From a virus, in the IMG/VR virus record IMGVR_UViG_3300045988_016154, positions 1-42,198 of that record: 42,198 bases of DNA. One strand, 5' to 3'. The notes below the pieces were generated by a model. It made no database searches. It saw nothing but the letters and a program-made list of their open reading frames with translations, and was not told the DNA's origin. A program made the translations under genes and the position numbers. This document shows positions 8,573 to 15,811 of the stretch, one piece after another; within the stretch, counting starts at the first letter, position 1; each line of letters opens with the position of its first letter.

Positions 8573-10010
8573 CTTCCTTGCCTCCCGTCCTTACAATTTC
8601 CATTCGCGCCGCTCTGCTGGGCCTGTACAGGTCTCCCCTGGGCACATCCAGCGCCTGATATACCGCGGAGTGGGTGTACCCGTCGTCCACCTCGGGCACA
8701 ATAGGCTTGATTGGCCGCGCCATGCACATATACCGCACCTCGTCCGCCACATGGTCCTCCATGCTGGTGTCCAGGTCTTCTACCCGGTGGTCGTCATACA
8801 TCAGCATGGGGATTGTCCGGATAAAGGCCCCGCAGTTCTTAAAAATGTACATCTGCGGAAACCCGTTTTCGTCAAAATGCAGCCGGTAGTGTACCTGCAT
8901 CCAGCCGGGAATCCGTTTGTTGTCCCCCGGGGAGAAGTACACCCGGTGCTTCGCCGCCACGTCCGCAATGCTTTCGCCCCGCTCCGCGTCCCAGATAGCC
9001 GGGTCGGCAATGCCGATGATCTTCTTTCCCGCCAGCCACCGATGCTCCACCTCTATCCTGTGGATCTCCGCGAATACCTGCTCCGGCGGCCACTTGAAGC
9101 CCTCGTTGGGCGTGTCCGTGCAGCCGTACAGCTCCAAAATCCGGTACAGCACCCCGTCATAGTCCACCGCCCACCAGCCGCAGGAGAATGGCTTGTTGTA
9201 GCCCCAGTCAAAGCTGCGGTAAATCGTCCAGCCCTCCGGCACCTCGAACGCGTCAATGACGTGGGTATACGCCCGATCCTTGTAATGCTTGGGGTCGTCC
9301 CGGAATTCCTCAAAGAACTGCCCCTCGTATATATCCCAACTGCCGTTCAGCCACGCCTCCCGCAGCTTTGGCGGCAGCTTTTCCAGACTTCGCTTGTACT
9401 CCGGCTGCTTGTCCATCAGGGCCTGATTGTCCGTCACCAGGGCCTGGATGAATGCGTAGTCCTCCGGATGCTCGTCCGCTGTAAACCGCCCATCTATAAA
9501 CAAACGTTTGAAATAGGCGTGGCTAGGCCCGCCGGGGTTCAGTGTATAGTAGGTGCGCTTGGGAAAGGCGTTGGCCCCACGGACACAGGCGTCAATGTTG
9601 GTCAGCCATCCTTCCTGGAACTGCCCCGCCTCGTCCGCGAACCACACATCATATTCCGCGCCCTGGTATTGCCCCAGATCCGCGTCCGTTGCGCAGTACC
9701 CGAAGGAAATGGTGCTGCCGTTTGGAAACGTAAACCGCTTGTCGCTGCGGTTATAGGCCGCAACCCCATGCAATAGTTGCAGAAGCGGCTGGATGTGGTT
9801 GTTGTCCAGCTCTTTGTAGGTTCTTCTGGTAATGAGTATTTTGATTCCCGGATACCGCAGGCACAGCAGCACCGCTTTCCAGCGGACGAACCAGCTTTTC
9901 CCGCCGCCCCGTGCCCCTCCGTAGCCTACATACCGGTGCTTTTCCCGCAGGGCCAGCGCCTGCTTGGGATTTGGCCCCAGCGGCCCCATGTCCAGCACTA
10001 CTCTGCCCAC
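8559..10010 (-). CDS. terL: Terminase large subunit (483 aa)
   Basis: Walker A-like GYGGARGGGKSW near the N-terminus. Acidic nuclease-type C-terminal half. Sits between the small terminase and portal. Confidence 0.9.
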   Translation of the reverse strand: MGRVVLDMGPLGPNPKQALALREKHRYVGYGGARGGGKSWFVRWKAVLLCLRYPGIKILITRRTYKELDNNHIQPLLQLLHGVAAYNRSDKRFTFPNGSTISFGYCATDADLGQYQGAEYDVWFADEAGQFQEGWLTNIDACVRGANAFPKRTYYTLNPGGPSHAYFKRLFIDGRFTADEHPEDYAFIQALVTDNQALMDKQPEYKRSLEKLPPKLREAWLNGSWDIYEGQFFEEFRDDPKHYKDRAYTHVIDAFEVPEGWTIYRSFDWGYNKPFSCGWWAVDYDGVLYRILELYGCTDTPNEGFKWPPEQVFAEIHRIEVEHRWLAGKKIIGIADPAIWDAERGESIADVAAKHRVYFSPGDNKRIPGWMQVHYRLHFDENGFPQMYIFKNCGAFIRTIPMLMYDDHRVEDLDTSMEDHVADEVRYMCMARPIKPIVPEVDDGYTHSAVYQALDVPRGDLYRPSRAARMEIVRTGGKEDGET

Positions 10011-10465
10011 TCTTCCGCCCCTCCAAATGTAACGCTTACCTCTCTTGTCTTGTCCTCCCGGGCCTCCTGGGCCTCCCTGCGCAGCTTCTCAATCCGCGCC
10101 TCCTGCTCCTCCAGATCCAGCCTGGACCGCACGTCCAGCACATCTTTCAAATCCCGCAGCACCCCGGAGTAGGCTTTCAGGGCCTTGGCATTCTCCGCGT
10201 CAATGGCCTGTATCCCCTCCATGGCCTTCCCGATCAGCGCCACCGCCGCATTTTGTAATTGCACGCCAACATCCCCGTTGGCCTGTGCTACGATCTCGAT
10301 GGCCTTTGTCAACCCTTTGTCAGCGGCCTGTCCCCGCAGCGTCACCCAGTCCTCGGCTTTCGCCCGCCGCCCCAGCACCTGTGGGGACACCCCGTATTTC
10401 TTCGCCAAATCCCGGTAGGAGCCCTTCCCGGCAATATAATCCTTCCGGATTCTGTTCCAGTCCAC
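9998..10465 (-). CDS. terS: Terminase small subunit (155 aa)
   Basis: GTG start with AGGAGG 9 nt upstream. N-terminal HTH-like DWNRIRKDYIAGKGSYRDLAKKYGVSPQVLGRRAKAEDW followed by a coiled coil. First gene of the late unit; overlaps terL. Confidence 0.8.
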   Translation of the reverse strand: MDWNRIRKDYIAGKGSYRDLAKKYGVSPQVLGRRAKAEDWVTLRGQAADKGLTKAIEIVAQANGDVGVQLQNAAVALIGKAMEGIQAIDAENAKALKAYSGVLRDLKDVLDVRSRLDLEEQEARIEKLRREAQEAREDKTREVSVTFGGAEEWAE

Positions 10466-10573
10466 GCCCCCTCCCCTCCTTTTCTCCGCCCATCATATCA
10501 ATTTCCGCTCCTCTCCCGCTAACCCGAAATTTTTTCAAAAAAATCTTGCTTCCCCCCCCACCTCTAACCCCCC

Positions 10574-10605
10574 AAAAAGGCCGCCCCCACCACCGGGAGC
10601 GGCCT
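10574..10605 (-). terminator. Intrinsic terminator separating the early unit from the late unit
   Basis: Minus strand reads AGGCCGC-(13 nt loop)-GCGGCCT followed by TTTTTGGGG. The plus strand also has a T-rich trailer, so it may act in both directions. Confidence 0.7.
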
Positions 10606-10644
10606 TTCTTTATCCAATTCTCCCCACCTTTCTCGGCTTATATC

Positions 10645-11037
10645 TCACGCAATTGTCGTATGTGGAATTCCGTTTACGAAACCAATCGGCGTAGAAATTG
10701 CAAGCAGCTTTGTCAACGCAGCCATCCGCTTTACCGTATTCGCCTTGCTTGCTGCTTCATACAGTGCCGCAATGCATCCGTATCCCTCCATCTTGTCCTC
10801 GGCCAATACATAGGATGTTGCCTGTAATGCCTCCGAAAACCATCCGGGAACGCTGCCGCCCATATAGGTTGCCATAGTCCTGCGGATAATCTTTTCAGGG
10901 TCAACCCCATCGTCTTCCTCGGCATCTTCCCATACTCCGTCCTTGGCGACCTGCTTAATCGCTGCCGCCAAATCTTGCGTAATGTGCTCATTTACATTTT
11001 GGATGATTTGATCTTGATCGAGTGTAATTTCCGCCAT
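10645..11037 (-). CDS. Hypothetical acidic protein (130 aa)
   Basis: ORF 10645-11115 trimmed to ATG 11037, preceded by GTGAGGATATT. Begins MAEITLDQDQIIQNVNEHI. Last gene before the early/late terminator. Confidence 0.6.
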   Translation of the reverse strand: MAEITLDQDQIIQNVNEHITQDLAAAIKQVAKDGVWEDAEEDDGVDPEKIIRRTMATYMGGSVPGWFSEALQATSYVLAEDKMEGYGCIAALYEAASKANTVKRMAALTKLLAISTPIGFVNGIPHTTIA

Positions 11038-11044
11038 AATATCC

Positions 11045-11224
11045 TCACTTTCTTCCATTGGTGTTTCTGCGCCGACTGTTTGCGTACCGTTCCCGCAACA
11101 GCTGCTGTTCCGCACCTCTTATTGCCTTGGCGATCATATAGTCGATGCAGCGGTCAGAGCAGGCAGGGGAGCGGCGGGGGCAGTCCTTGCAGCAGCCGAG
11201 GAAGCTAATGTTGATCGGCATCAT
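11045..11224 (-). CDS. Small Cys-rich (putative zinc-binding) protein (59 aa)
   Basis: MMPINISFLGCCKDCPRRSPACSDRCIDYMIAKAIRG. RBS ACAGGAGG. ATGA-type overlap with the upstream gene. Confidence 0.6.
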   Translation of the reverse strand: MMPINISFLGCCKDCPRRSPACSDRCIDYMIAKAIRGAEQQLLRERYANSRRRNTNGRK

Positions 11225-11397
11225 TTGGGCCTCCTGTTTTGCCGCCCCCGGCAAATTGCTTCCCCCAGCTTCCGGCCGTTCCGCCGCCTCTTCTCCCGAT
11301 CATTCGTCACCCGGGTCACATCGGCCACATAGTTGGCCTCGTTCCGGGGCAGCATCAGGCGGCCCATCAGCAGTTTGATAAAGCGTTTACGTTTCAT
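11221..11397 (-). CDS. Small basic protein (58 aa)
   Basis: MKRKRFIKLLMGRLMLPRNEANYVADV..., Arg/Lys-rich C-terminus. RBS AAGAGG 7 nt upstream. Confidence 0.55.
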   Translation of the reverse strand: MKRKRFIKLLMGRLMLPRNEANYVADVTRVTNDREKRRRNGRKLGEAICRGRQNRRPK

Positions 11398-11767
11398 GCT
11401 TGGCCTCTTTTTTTTCCCCGTAGCTGCAAAACCCGTCCATTTCCACGCACACCGCCTCACCTTTATAGCCTCTGGCGTTGGCGTAAGGCTCGGTATGCAG
11501 CATACACATAGGGTTTTCGTCCCCCTGCCGGTGGATGCAGTCCCGGCAGCGGACGGTATGTAGTGTTTTTATGAACCCATCTGCGAAACCAGCATCATAC
11601 CCCGCCTTGTACTGTCCACGATCATATTTCAGAGCTTTCAAAAGTTCTTCACGGTTCACCTTGATACCAATTTTAACTATCGCCTGCACTATGGCATCAT
11701 CAATAGCATACTGAAAATCGTTCAAATTCAAGCTTGCTGGTGGGGCGTAGCCGTTAAGTTCTTCCAT
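11387..11767 (-). CDS. Cys-rich small-protein family member 1 (about 126 aa; start uncertain, 11767-11791)
   Basis: C-terminal module TVRCRDCIH...MDGFCSYGEKKE is shared with the ORFs at 11754 and 12412. Confidence 0.7.
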   Translation of the reverse strand: MEELNGYAPPASLNLNDFQYAIDDAIVQAIVKIGIKVNREELLKALKYDRGQYKAGYDAGFADGFIKTLHTVRCRDCIHRQGDENPMCMLHTEPYANARGYKGEAVCVEMDGFCSYGEKKEAKHET

Positions 11768-12059
11768 TTTCATCCTCATTTCTCTCCCCATAGCTGCAAA
11801 AATCGCCAGCTTTTACATACGGTAGCCCCCCGGCAAAATCACATCCACATTCGTATTCGTCCGGTTTGTAATACTTGCAATCTTTGCACCGCACCACCGG
11901 CACGGCATCCACGGTGGGACTAAGTGAACGAGCGATCATGCGAGCATCTTTCAACGACAAATGAATCCCAAAAGAATCTTTTCCTTTATCCTCCGCATCT
12001 GCCGCCATCCCCTCGATACAGTCAGCTAAAATCCGTGCTTTTGATAGTTCAATTTGCAT
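11754..12059 (-). CDS. Cys-rich small-protein family member 2 (101 aa)
   Basis: ...SPTVDAVPVVRCKDCKYYKPDEYECGCDF...GDFCSYGERNE. RBS TAGGAGGG. Confidence 0.75.
   Translation of the reverse strand: MQIELSKARILADCIEGMAADAEDKGKDSFGIHLSLKDARMIARSLSPTVDAVPVVRCKDCKYYKPDEYECGCDFAGGLPYVKAGDFCSYGERNEDENGRT
11886..11919. repeat. 34-bp perfect direct repeat, copy 1 (encodes PTVDAVPVVRC)
   Basis: GCACCGCACCACCGGCACGGCATCCACGGTGGGA is identical at 12577-12610. Confidence 0.9.
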
Positions 12060-12139
12060 TTTCTAACCCTCCTAACATCTCCATCTTCCAGGTCTTCGGT
12101 TAGTTCGTCCCATAGTGCATCCGCATCAATCAGCCGCAT
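12026..12139 (-). pseudogene. 37-aa ORF that looks like a detached N-terminal module (MRLIDAD...) of the Cys-rich family
   Basis: MRLIDADALWDELTEDLEDGDV... has the same first 7 residues as the 12412-12732 protein. It runs out of frame into the start of the 11754-12059 gene. It has its own TAGGAGGG RBS, so it may still be translated. Confidence 0.3.
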
Positions 12140-12242
12140 TTTCTCACCCTCCTATACATCGAATTGATAATGTTCAAAAAGCCATTGTAGGGCGTGTTGC
12201 AGTTCTCACAGCACTTGAAATATTGCAGCCTGTAGTCGTACA

Positions 12243-12422
12243 CTATGCCCACCCCCATAGGGTTGATTTTACCCAGCCCGGGAAGGGTAGGGAGCTTACA
12301 AAGCGTACCCACCCCAGGCGGTCGTAGTGGCTCCAGGCGGCGCAGAAGACCACCAGGAGCATGATTACGGCCAGCAGGATTAAAAGCCCGTCAGCAGGGT
12401 CACGGCGGCGGTCAGGGGGCAT
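12243..12422 (-). CDS. Possible small membrane protein (59 aa)
   Basis: MPPDRRRDPADGLLILLAVIMLLVVFCAAWSHY... has one hydrophobic helix. GGAGGTGGAG lies 3 nt upstream of the ATG at 12422. No homology recognised. Confidence 0.35.
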   Translation of the reverse strand: MPPDRRRDPADGLLILLAVIMLLVVFCAAWSHYDRLGWVRFVSSLPFPGWVKSTLWGWA

Positions 12423-12732
12423 CGGCTCCACCTCCATCCATATTGCGCACGTCCGCAGATTGGTCTCGGCGCTCTCCCCGGCTGCAATAGTCTGAATCTC
12501 TGGTAAACTTCATCCCATTTCGATGGATGCAGAAGGATATAGTTGCACCGGGCACGGCATAATACCTGCACTCCCGGCACCGCACCACCGGCACGGCATC
12601 CACGGTGGGAGCCTCGTCAAGCACTTTGCATATAAGTCTATGCGAATAACCATCTGGCTCATATGCGGGGCTGATATCGTACTCCGTATTTTCAAGCGCG
12701 TCCTCAAATTCGTCAGCATCAATCAGCCTCAT
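12412..12732 (-). CDS. Cys-rich small-protein family member 3 (106 aa)
   Basis: MRLIDADEFEDALEN...APTVDAVPVVRCRECRYY...DSDYCSRGERRD. Confidence 0.75.
   Translation of the reverse strand: MRLIDADEFEDALENTEYDISPAYEPDGYSHRLICKVLDEAPTVDAVPVVRCRECRYYAVPGATISFCIHRNGMKFTRDSDYCSRGERRDQSADVRNMDGGGADAP
12577..12610. repeat. 34-bp perfect direct repeat, copy 2
   Basis: Identical to 11886-11919. Confidence 0.9.
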
Positions 12733-12878
12733 AAAAATCCTCCTTTCTCTGCATCATCATCCAGCGGAGAGATTCACAGTGTTCCCGCAGGCCGGGAATA
12801 TCGGATTTTTGCCCGCCCATTTGCAAGAACGCCCACATGGTATCAAACGAATCGTTCAGCACCCGACTTCGTTGTTTG

Positions 12879-13244
12879 TCAATCGTCATTTTCGCCCTCC
12901 AAATCCATTTTAGCGCCGCAATGGCAATAAGGGTGTCTGCGGCAAGCCTCCCCGTATTCTCCGAATATCAGCAGACGGTGCAGGTTGAAGTTATCAACTT
13001 TGCGGCCACACACGGAGCATTCCAGGCATAAAGTACGTTCATCCGAAACCCGGATATTCCATTTCCCATGCCGCACCGGCTCCACGTCGGCGGCGGGAAT
13101 TCTGTGGAAATCCTCCGCCAAATCGTTATAGGCATCGGCATAGATTCCGCTTTCCCCGCCAAGCTCTTCAAACGCTTTTTGCAATTCTTCCGATTGCTCA
13201 CGGATATAAGCGATCGCCGCCTCCCGGCTTATGTAATCACTCAT
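12879..13244 (-). CDS. Hypothetical Cys/His-rich protein (121 aa)
   Basis: MSDYISREAAIAYIREQ...VEPVRHGKWNIRV...CLECSVCGRKV...HPYCHCGAKM. The start ATG is embedded in the last codons of the upstream Lar gene. Confidence 0.7.
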   Translation of the reverse strand: MSDYISREAAIAYIREQSEELQKAFEELGGESGIYADAYNDLAEDFHRIPAADVEPVRHGKWNIRVSDERTLCLECSVCGRKVDNFNLHRLLIFGEYGEACRRHPYCHCGAKMDLEGENDD

Positions 13245-13425
13245 GCTCAGCCCTCCGGTTCCAGGCTTTACGAGCTTCTTCTTTTGTGCGGCCTAGTTTT
13301 GCATTGGCTCCGCATTTCTGGCACTGCGCCATGTACCGATAGTATAAGTATTTGTTTTCGTCTTCAAGTATCTCTACACCTTTGCCCCCGCAAAACGGGC
13401 AGGGCTTTAATATGATTTTATCCAT
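13237..13425 (-). CDS. lar: Lar-family restriction alleviation protein (62 aa)
   Basis: MDKIILKPCPFCGGKGVEI...AQCQKCGANAKLGRTKEEARKAWNRRAEHE shows the canonical Lar pattern: CPFCG ... C..CG ... AWNRR. Confidence 0.8.
   Translation of the reverse strand: MDKIILKPCPFCGGKGVEILEDENKYLYYRYMAQCQKCGANAKLGRTKEEARKAWNRRAEHE
13239..13264. repeat. 26-bp perfect direct repeat at a Lar-gene 3' junction, copy 1
   Basis: ACTCATGCTCAGCCCTCCGGTTCCAG. Contains the Lar C-terminus plus the RBS and ATG of the next gene. Identical at 13949-13974. Confidence 0.9.
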
Positions 13426-13954
13426 TTCCTAATTCCTCCACATAGCACCAGCTCTGGGGCGGGCGTTTGATATGACCGCCATTTTCGCATAATGCACACC
13501 CAAATTCATCACACGTTTTGCCTATGCAGTTTTCAAACGGGCGTGAAAACTTGCTCAGCTCCTTCGGCGTATCGTAGATTTTCAGGTTGGAAATGTGCCA
13601 GCCGTAAAGCGTCTGCCCATTGCCGTAGGCCCACATGGCCCCATCTTCCAGGCACGTCTTTCGGACATAATCATCGTCTATGTCGTAGATTCCGTATAGA
13701 TCGTCTTCAATTGGTTTGATTTCATCGATACCCATACAGATAAATTCTGCAACAACCTTCCCGCGCCCACGGAATATCATGTGCCCGTCTTCGTCAATCC
13801 ATGGGATATCGCTCTTTCCTTGCGTCTCGTACATATAGCACTTAAACGGAGTTCCAAGATTCGGCCGGGTCTTTCGGATTTCCACCGTTTTCTCTCCTGC
13901 GATGATCTTATCCACCCACTCCGGACGGATGCTGATAAGTACCGCTCTACTCAT
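13418..13954 (-). CDS. ASCH (PUA-like) domain protein (178 aa)
   Basis: N-terminus AVLISIRPEWVDKIIAGEKTVEIRKTRP matches the ASCH signature (I.P.y...I..G.K..E.R). Confidence 0.75.
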   Translation of the reverse strand: MSRAVLISIRPEWVDKIIAGEKTVEIRKTRPNLGTPFKCYMYETQGKSDIPWIDEDGHMIFRGRGKVVAEFICMGIDEIKPIEDDLYGIYDIDDDYVRKTCLEDGAMWAYGNGQTLYGWHISNLKIYDTPKELSKFSRPFENCIGKTCDEFGCALCENGGHIKRPPQSWCYVEELGNG

Positions 13955-14183
13955 GCTCAGCCCTCCGGTTCCAGATTTTCACAGTCGGTGCGTAGTTCCC
14001 ACAAATCGTACAGGTCACGCCATGCCGGAACGTCTTTCGATACCACCGGATGATCTTCGGTGCCCCAACGGAACACGGCTTTCCGTAGGCAAGTATCCGT
14101 CTGCCGCATTTTGGACACGGCTTCACTGTGTAATTGCAAATGTCCGGGATTCCGATTGCAGCTGCGTAATTTTCAAGTTTCAT
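13947..14183 (-). CDS. Second, divergent Lar-like protein (78 aa)
   Basis: ORF 13947-14309 trimmed to ATG 14183 (GGAAGGAG RBS). ...VKPCPKCGRRILAYG...VTCTICGNYAPTVKIWNRRAEHE ends in the same WNRRAEHE as the Lar at 13237-13425. Confidence 0.65.
   Translation of the reverse strand: MKLENYAAAIGIPDICNYTVKPCPKCGRRILAYGKPCSVGAPKIIRWYRKTFRHGVTCTICGNYAPTVKIWNRRAEHE
13949..13974. repeat. 26-bp perfect direct repeat at a Lar-gene 3' junction, copy 2
   Basis: Identical to 13239-13264. Confidence 0.9.
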
Positions 14184-14343
14184 ATTATCTCCTTCCCGCC
14201 CGGGTTGCCCCGGGCTTTTAAATGCGTCGATTTCGAGGCGGTTAAACCATTTCCGTGACCTCACGAAAATGGTCATCCCCACTGTTCCGCCATTTCGACC
14301 GCCTTGCACACGGTTTGCGATTCCTCGCAGGCCATAAGCACTT

Positions 14344-15228
14344 TCATTCGCTCATCATCTCCAAATAGTCCTCTATGCTGGTCTGCCCCGGAAGAATATC
14401 GTACTCCATCCACCAGCGGAATACATCTTCTGCGCTGTCCCAGGTTGATTCCTTTCCACGCAGCTTGCGTTCTGCCAGCATCCGATCAAAGGTGTTCAGA
14501 TAAAGCTGCTTGTACTTTGGCCACCGGGCAAATTCCGCTTCACGGCCTTTTCTTTTTGCCAGCGGGCATCCGATGCAGCCAACACGGCATTGCCCCTCTG
14601 CGTAAAGCGGATTCATGGGGACTTTTGCATCCTTCAAAAAACCGTACACATCTTCATCTTTCCAGTCGATAATGGGGTTTACAACTCGCTTTGCCTTCAA
14701 ACGGCAGTTTTCAAAAAGCGTTCGTTTTTCATCATTATCGTTGGCAAGGATGATTTTTTTATCCTTAGTTGCACCCAGTTTTTCGTAGATTCCATGGTTG
14801 TTTTTCCGGGATGCGGATTCCGCCCACCGAACGCCGGTGCAAATAAACCGTCCTGTCCCACCTGGTTCTTTCAGGATGGAGCAGCAGTACCGCATTAGTC
14901 GCGTCGGCGGCATCAGCTTTTGTGGAATCAATCTCCACATAGATGTACGCTGCCCCTTGTAAGTGGGCATATTCACGGTGCATTTGTAGCCCTTTTCCTC
15001 CAACCGTTTGAATTCGCTCCGCACAAACCGCACCGTCTCCGGGGCATCCGCCGTGGTGTGGTTGTGCTGGAACTCGCAGGGGATTCCCGCCCGAATGGCA
15101 AGCTCCGTGATAACGCCACTGTCCTTGCCACCGGAAATGCAGATCACAAGGGGCTGCTGATACGCCATCAGAGACATTTCCGAGGCGGCTTTCAGGCGTT
15201 CGATGGCCATTTGCTCCAAATCATTCAT
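14344..15228 (-). CDS. PAPS-reductase-family (PP-loop ATP pyrophosphatase) protein (294 aa)
   Basis: ORF 14344-15324 trimmed to ATG 15228. PP-loop LVICISGGKDSGV. C-terminal Cys cluster CRVGCIGCP. Confidence 0.85.
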   Translation of the reverse strand: MNDLEQMAIERLKAASEMSLMAYQQPLVICISGGKDSGVITELAIRAGIPCEFQHNHTTADAPETVRFVRSEFKRLEEKGYKCTVNMPTYKGQRTSMWRLIPQKLMPPTRLMRYCCSILKEPGGTGRFICTGVRWAESASRKNNHGIYEKLGATKDKKIILANDNDEKRTLFENCRLKAKRVVNPIIDWKDEDVYGFLKDAKVPMNPLYAEGQCRVGCIGCPLAKRKGREAEFARWPKYKQLYLNTFDRMLAERKLRGKESTWDSAEDVFRWWMEYDILPGQTSIEDYLEMMSE

Positions 15229-15592
15229 GGCTTTCCTCCACCGGGGAGCGGAGCCATGCAAGCCACGCATCCCTGCACTGGTCCATGCCCAAAAAGGCGT
15301 CGCAGCCCGGAACCGGGCAAGCACCGCAAAAGGTCATCTTGCTCGCTTTCTCCGCCAGTTTCTCATCTGTCATTGTCCGGAAGCTGTCGCCGTTTGTTTT
15401 TGGCTTCACTTTTCGCTGAGATTCAAGCTTTTTAAGCGCATCCTGAAAGCAATTGGCCGCATCGTGGAGTCCGGCGGCCCATACCTGGTGCATCATCTCC
15501 ATTTCCCATGCCCTGGGGTCTGGGCAGCACCCATTTTCTCCATGCTCGTGGGTTACTGGGTTTGGCGTAAGCTGTTCTACAACGCGGTTCAT
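15221..15592 (-). CDS. Hypothetical Cys-rich protein (123 aa)
   Basis: ORF trimmed to ATG 15592 (ATGA overlap). C-terminus NGDSFRTMTDEKLAEKASKMTFCGACPVPGCDAFLGMDQCRDAWLAWL. Translationally coupled to the PAPS-reductase gene by an 8-nt overlap. Confidence 0.65.
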   Translation of the reverse strand: MNRVVEQLTPNPVTHEHGENGCCPDPRAWEMEMMHQVWAAGLHDAANCFQDALKKLESQRKVKPKTNGDSFRTMTDEKLAEKASKMTFCGACPVPGCDAFLGMDQCRDAWLAWLRSPVEESHE

Positions 15593-15810
15593 TTCTCCGC
15601 CTCCATTTCGTCCAGCATTCTGTAAACCTCGCAATATTCATATTTTTTGCAGCAGAATTCCCGGAATTGCAGCTCTCTGTGCTTTGCTGACCGATATTTC
15701 CATATCAGATCCGAGTACCCGTCAACCCCCTGGCAGGTGATTCGCTTTTCCCCATCCGTTCCCAGGAAGTAGGGGCATCCGGCTTCTTTGTCACTCCAGT
15801 TTGTTCCCAT
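15589..15810 (-). CDS. Hypothetical Cys-rich protein (73 aa)
   Basis: MGTNWSDKEAGCPYFLGTDGEKRITCQGV...FCCKKYEYCEVY. Lies 1 nt after the upstream stop. Confidence 0.6.
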   Translation of the reverse strand: MGTNWSDKEAGCPYFLGTDGEKRITCQGVDGYSDLIWKYRSAKHRELQFREFCCKKYEYCEVYRMLDEMEAEK

Positions 15811-15811
15811 G

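Noticed and set aside
12130-12312. 60-aa (or 42-aa from the internal ATG) Cys-containing ORF between Cys-rich family members.
   Set aside because: The GTG start has no RBS, and the ORF overlaps the 59-aa candidate ORF by 70 nt. Only its 3' end, which carries the RBS of the next ORF, looks functional. It is left unannotated.
12733-12878. 39-47-aa ORF (…MWAFLQMGGQKSDIPGLREHCESLRWMMMQRKEDFYEAD) in the gap upstream of the 12412-12732 gene.
   Set aside because: No convincing RBS and no recognisable features. It may be real but cannot be supported from sequence alone.
14184-14343. Longer version of the second Lar-like gene (starts at 14309 or 14276), and a 19-aa ORF in the same gap.
   Set aside because: The upstream starts lack an RBS. 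The region contains a GCCCGGG-GCAA-CCCGGGC hairpin. ATG 14183 has a strong GGAAGGAG RBS.
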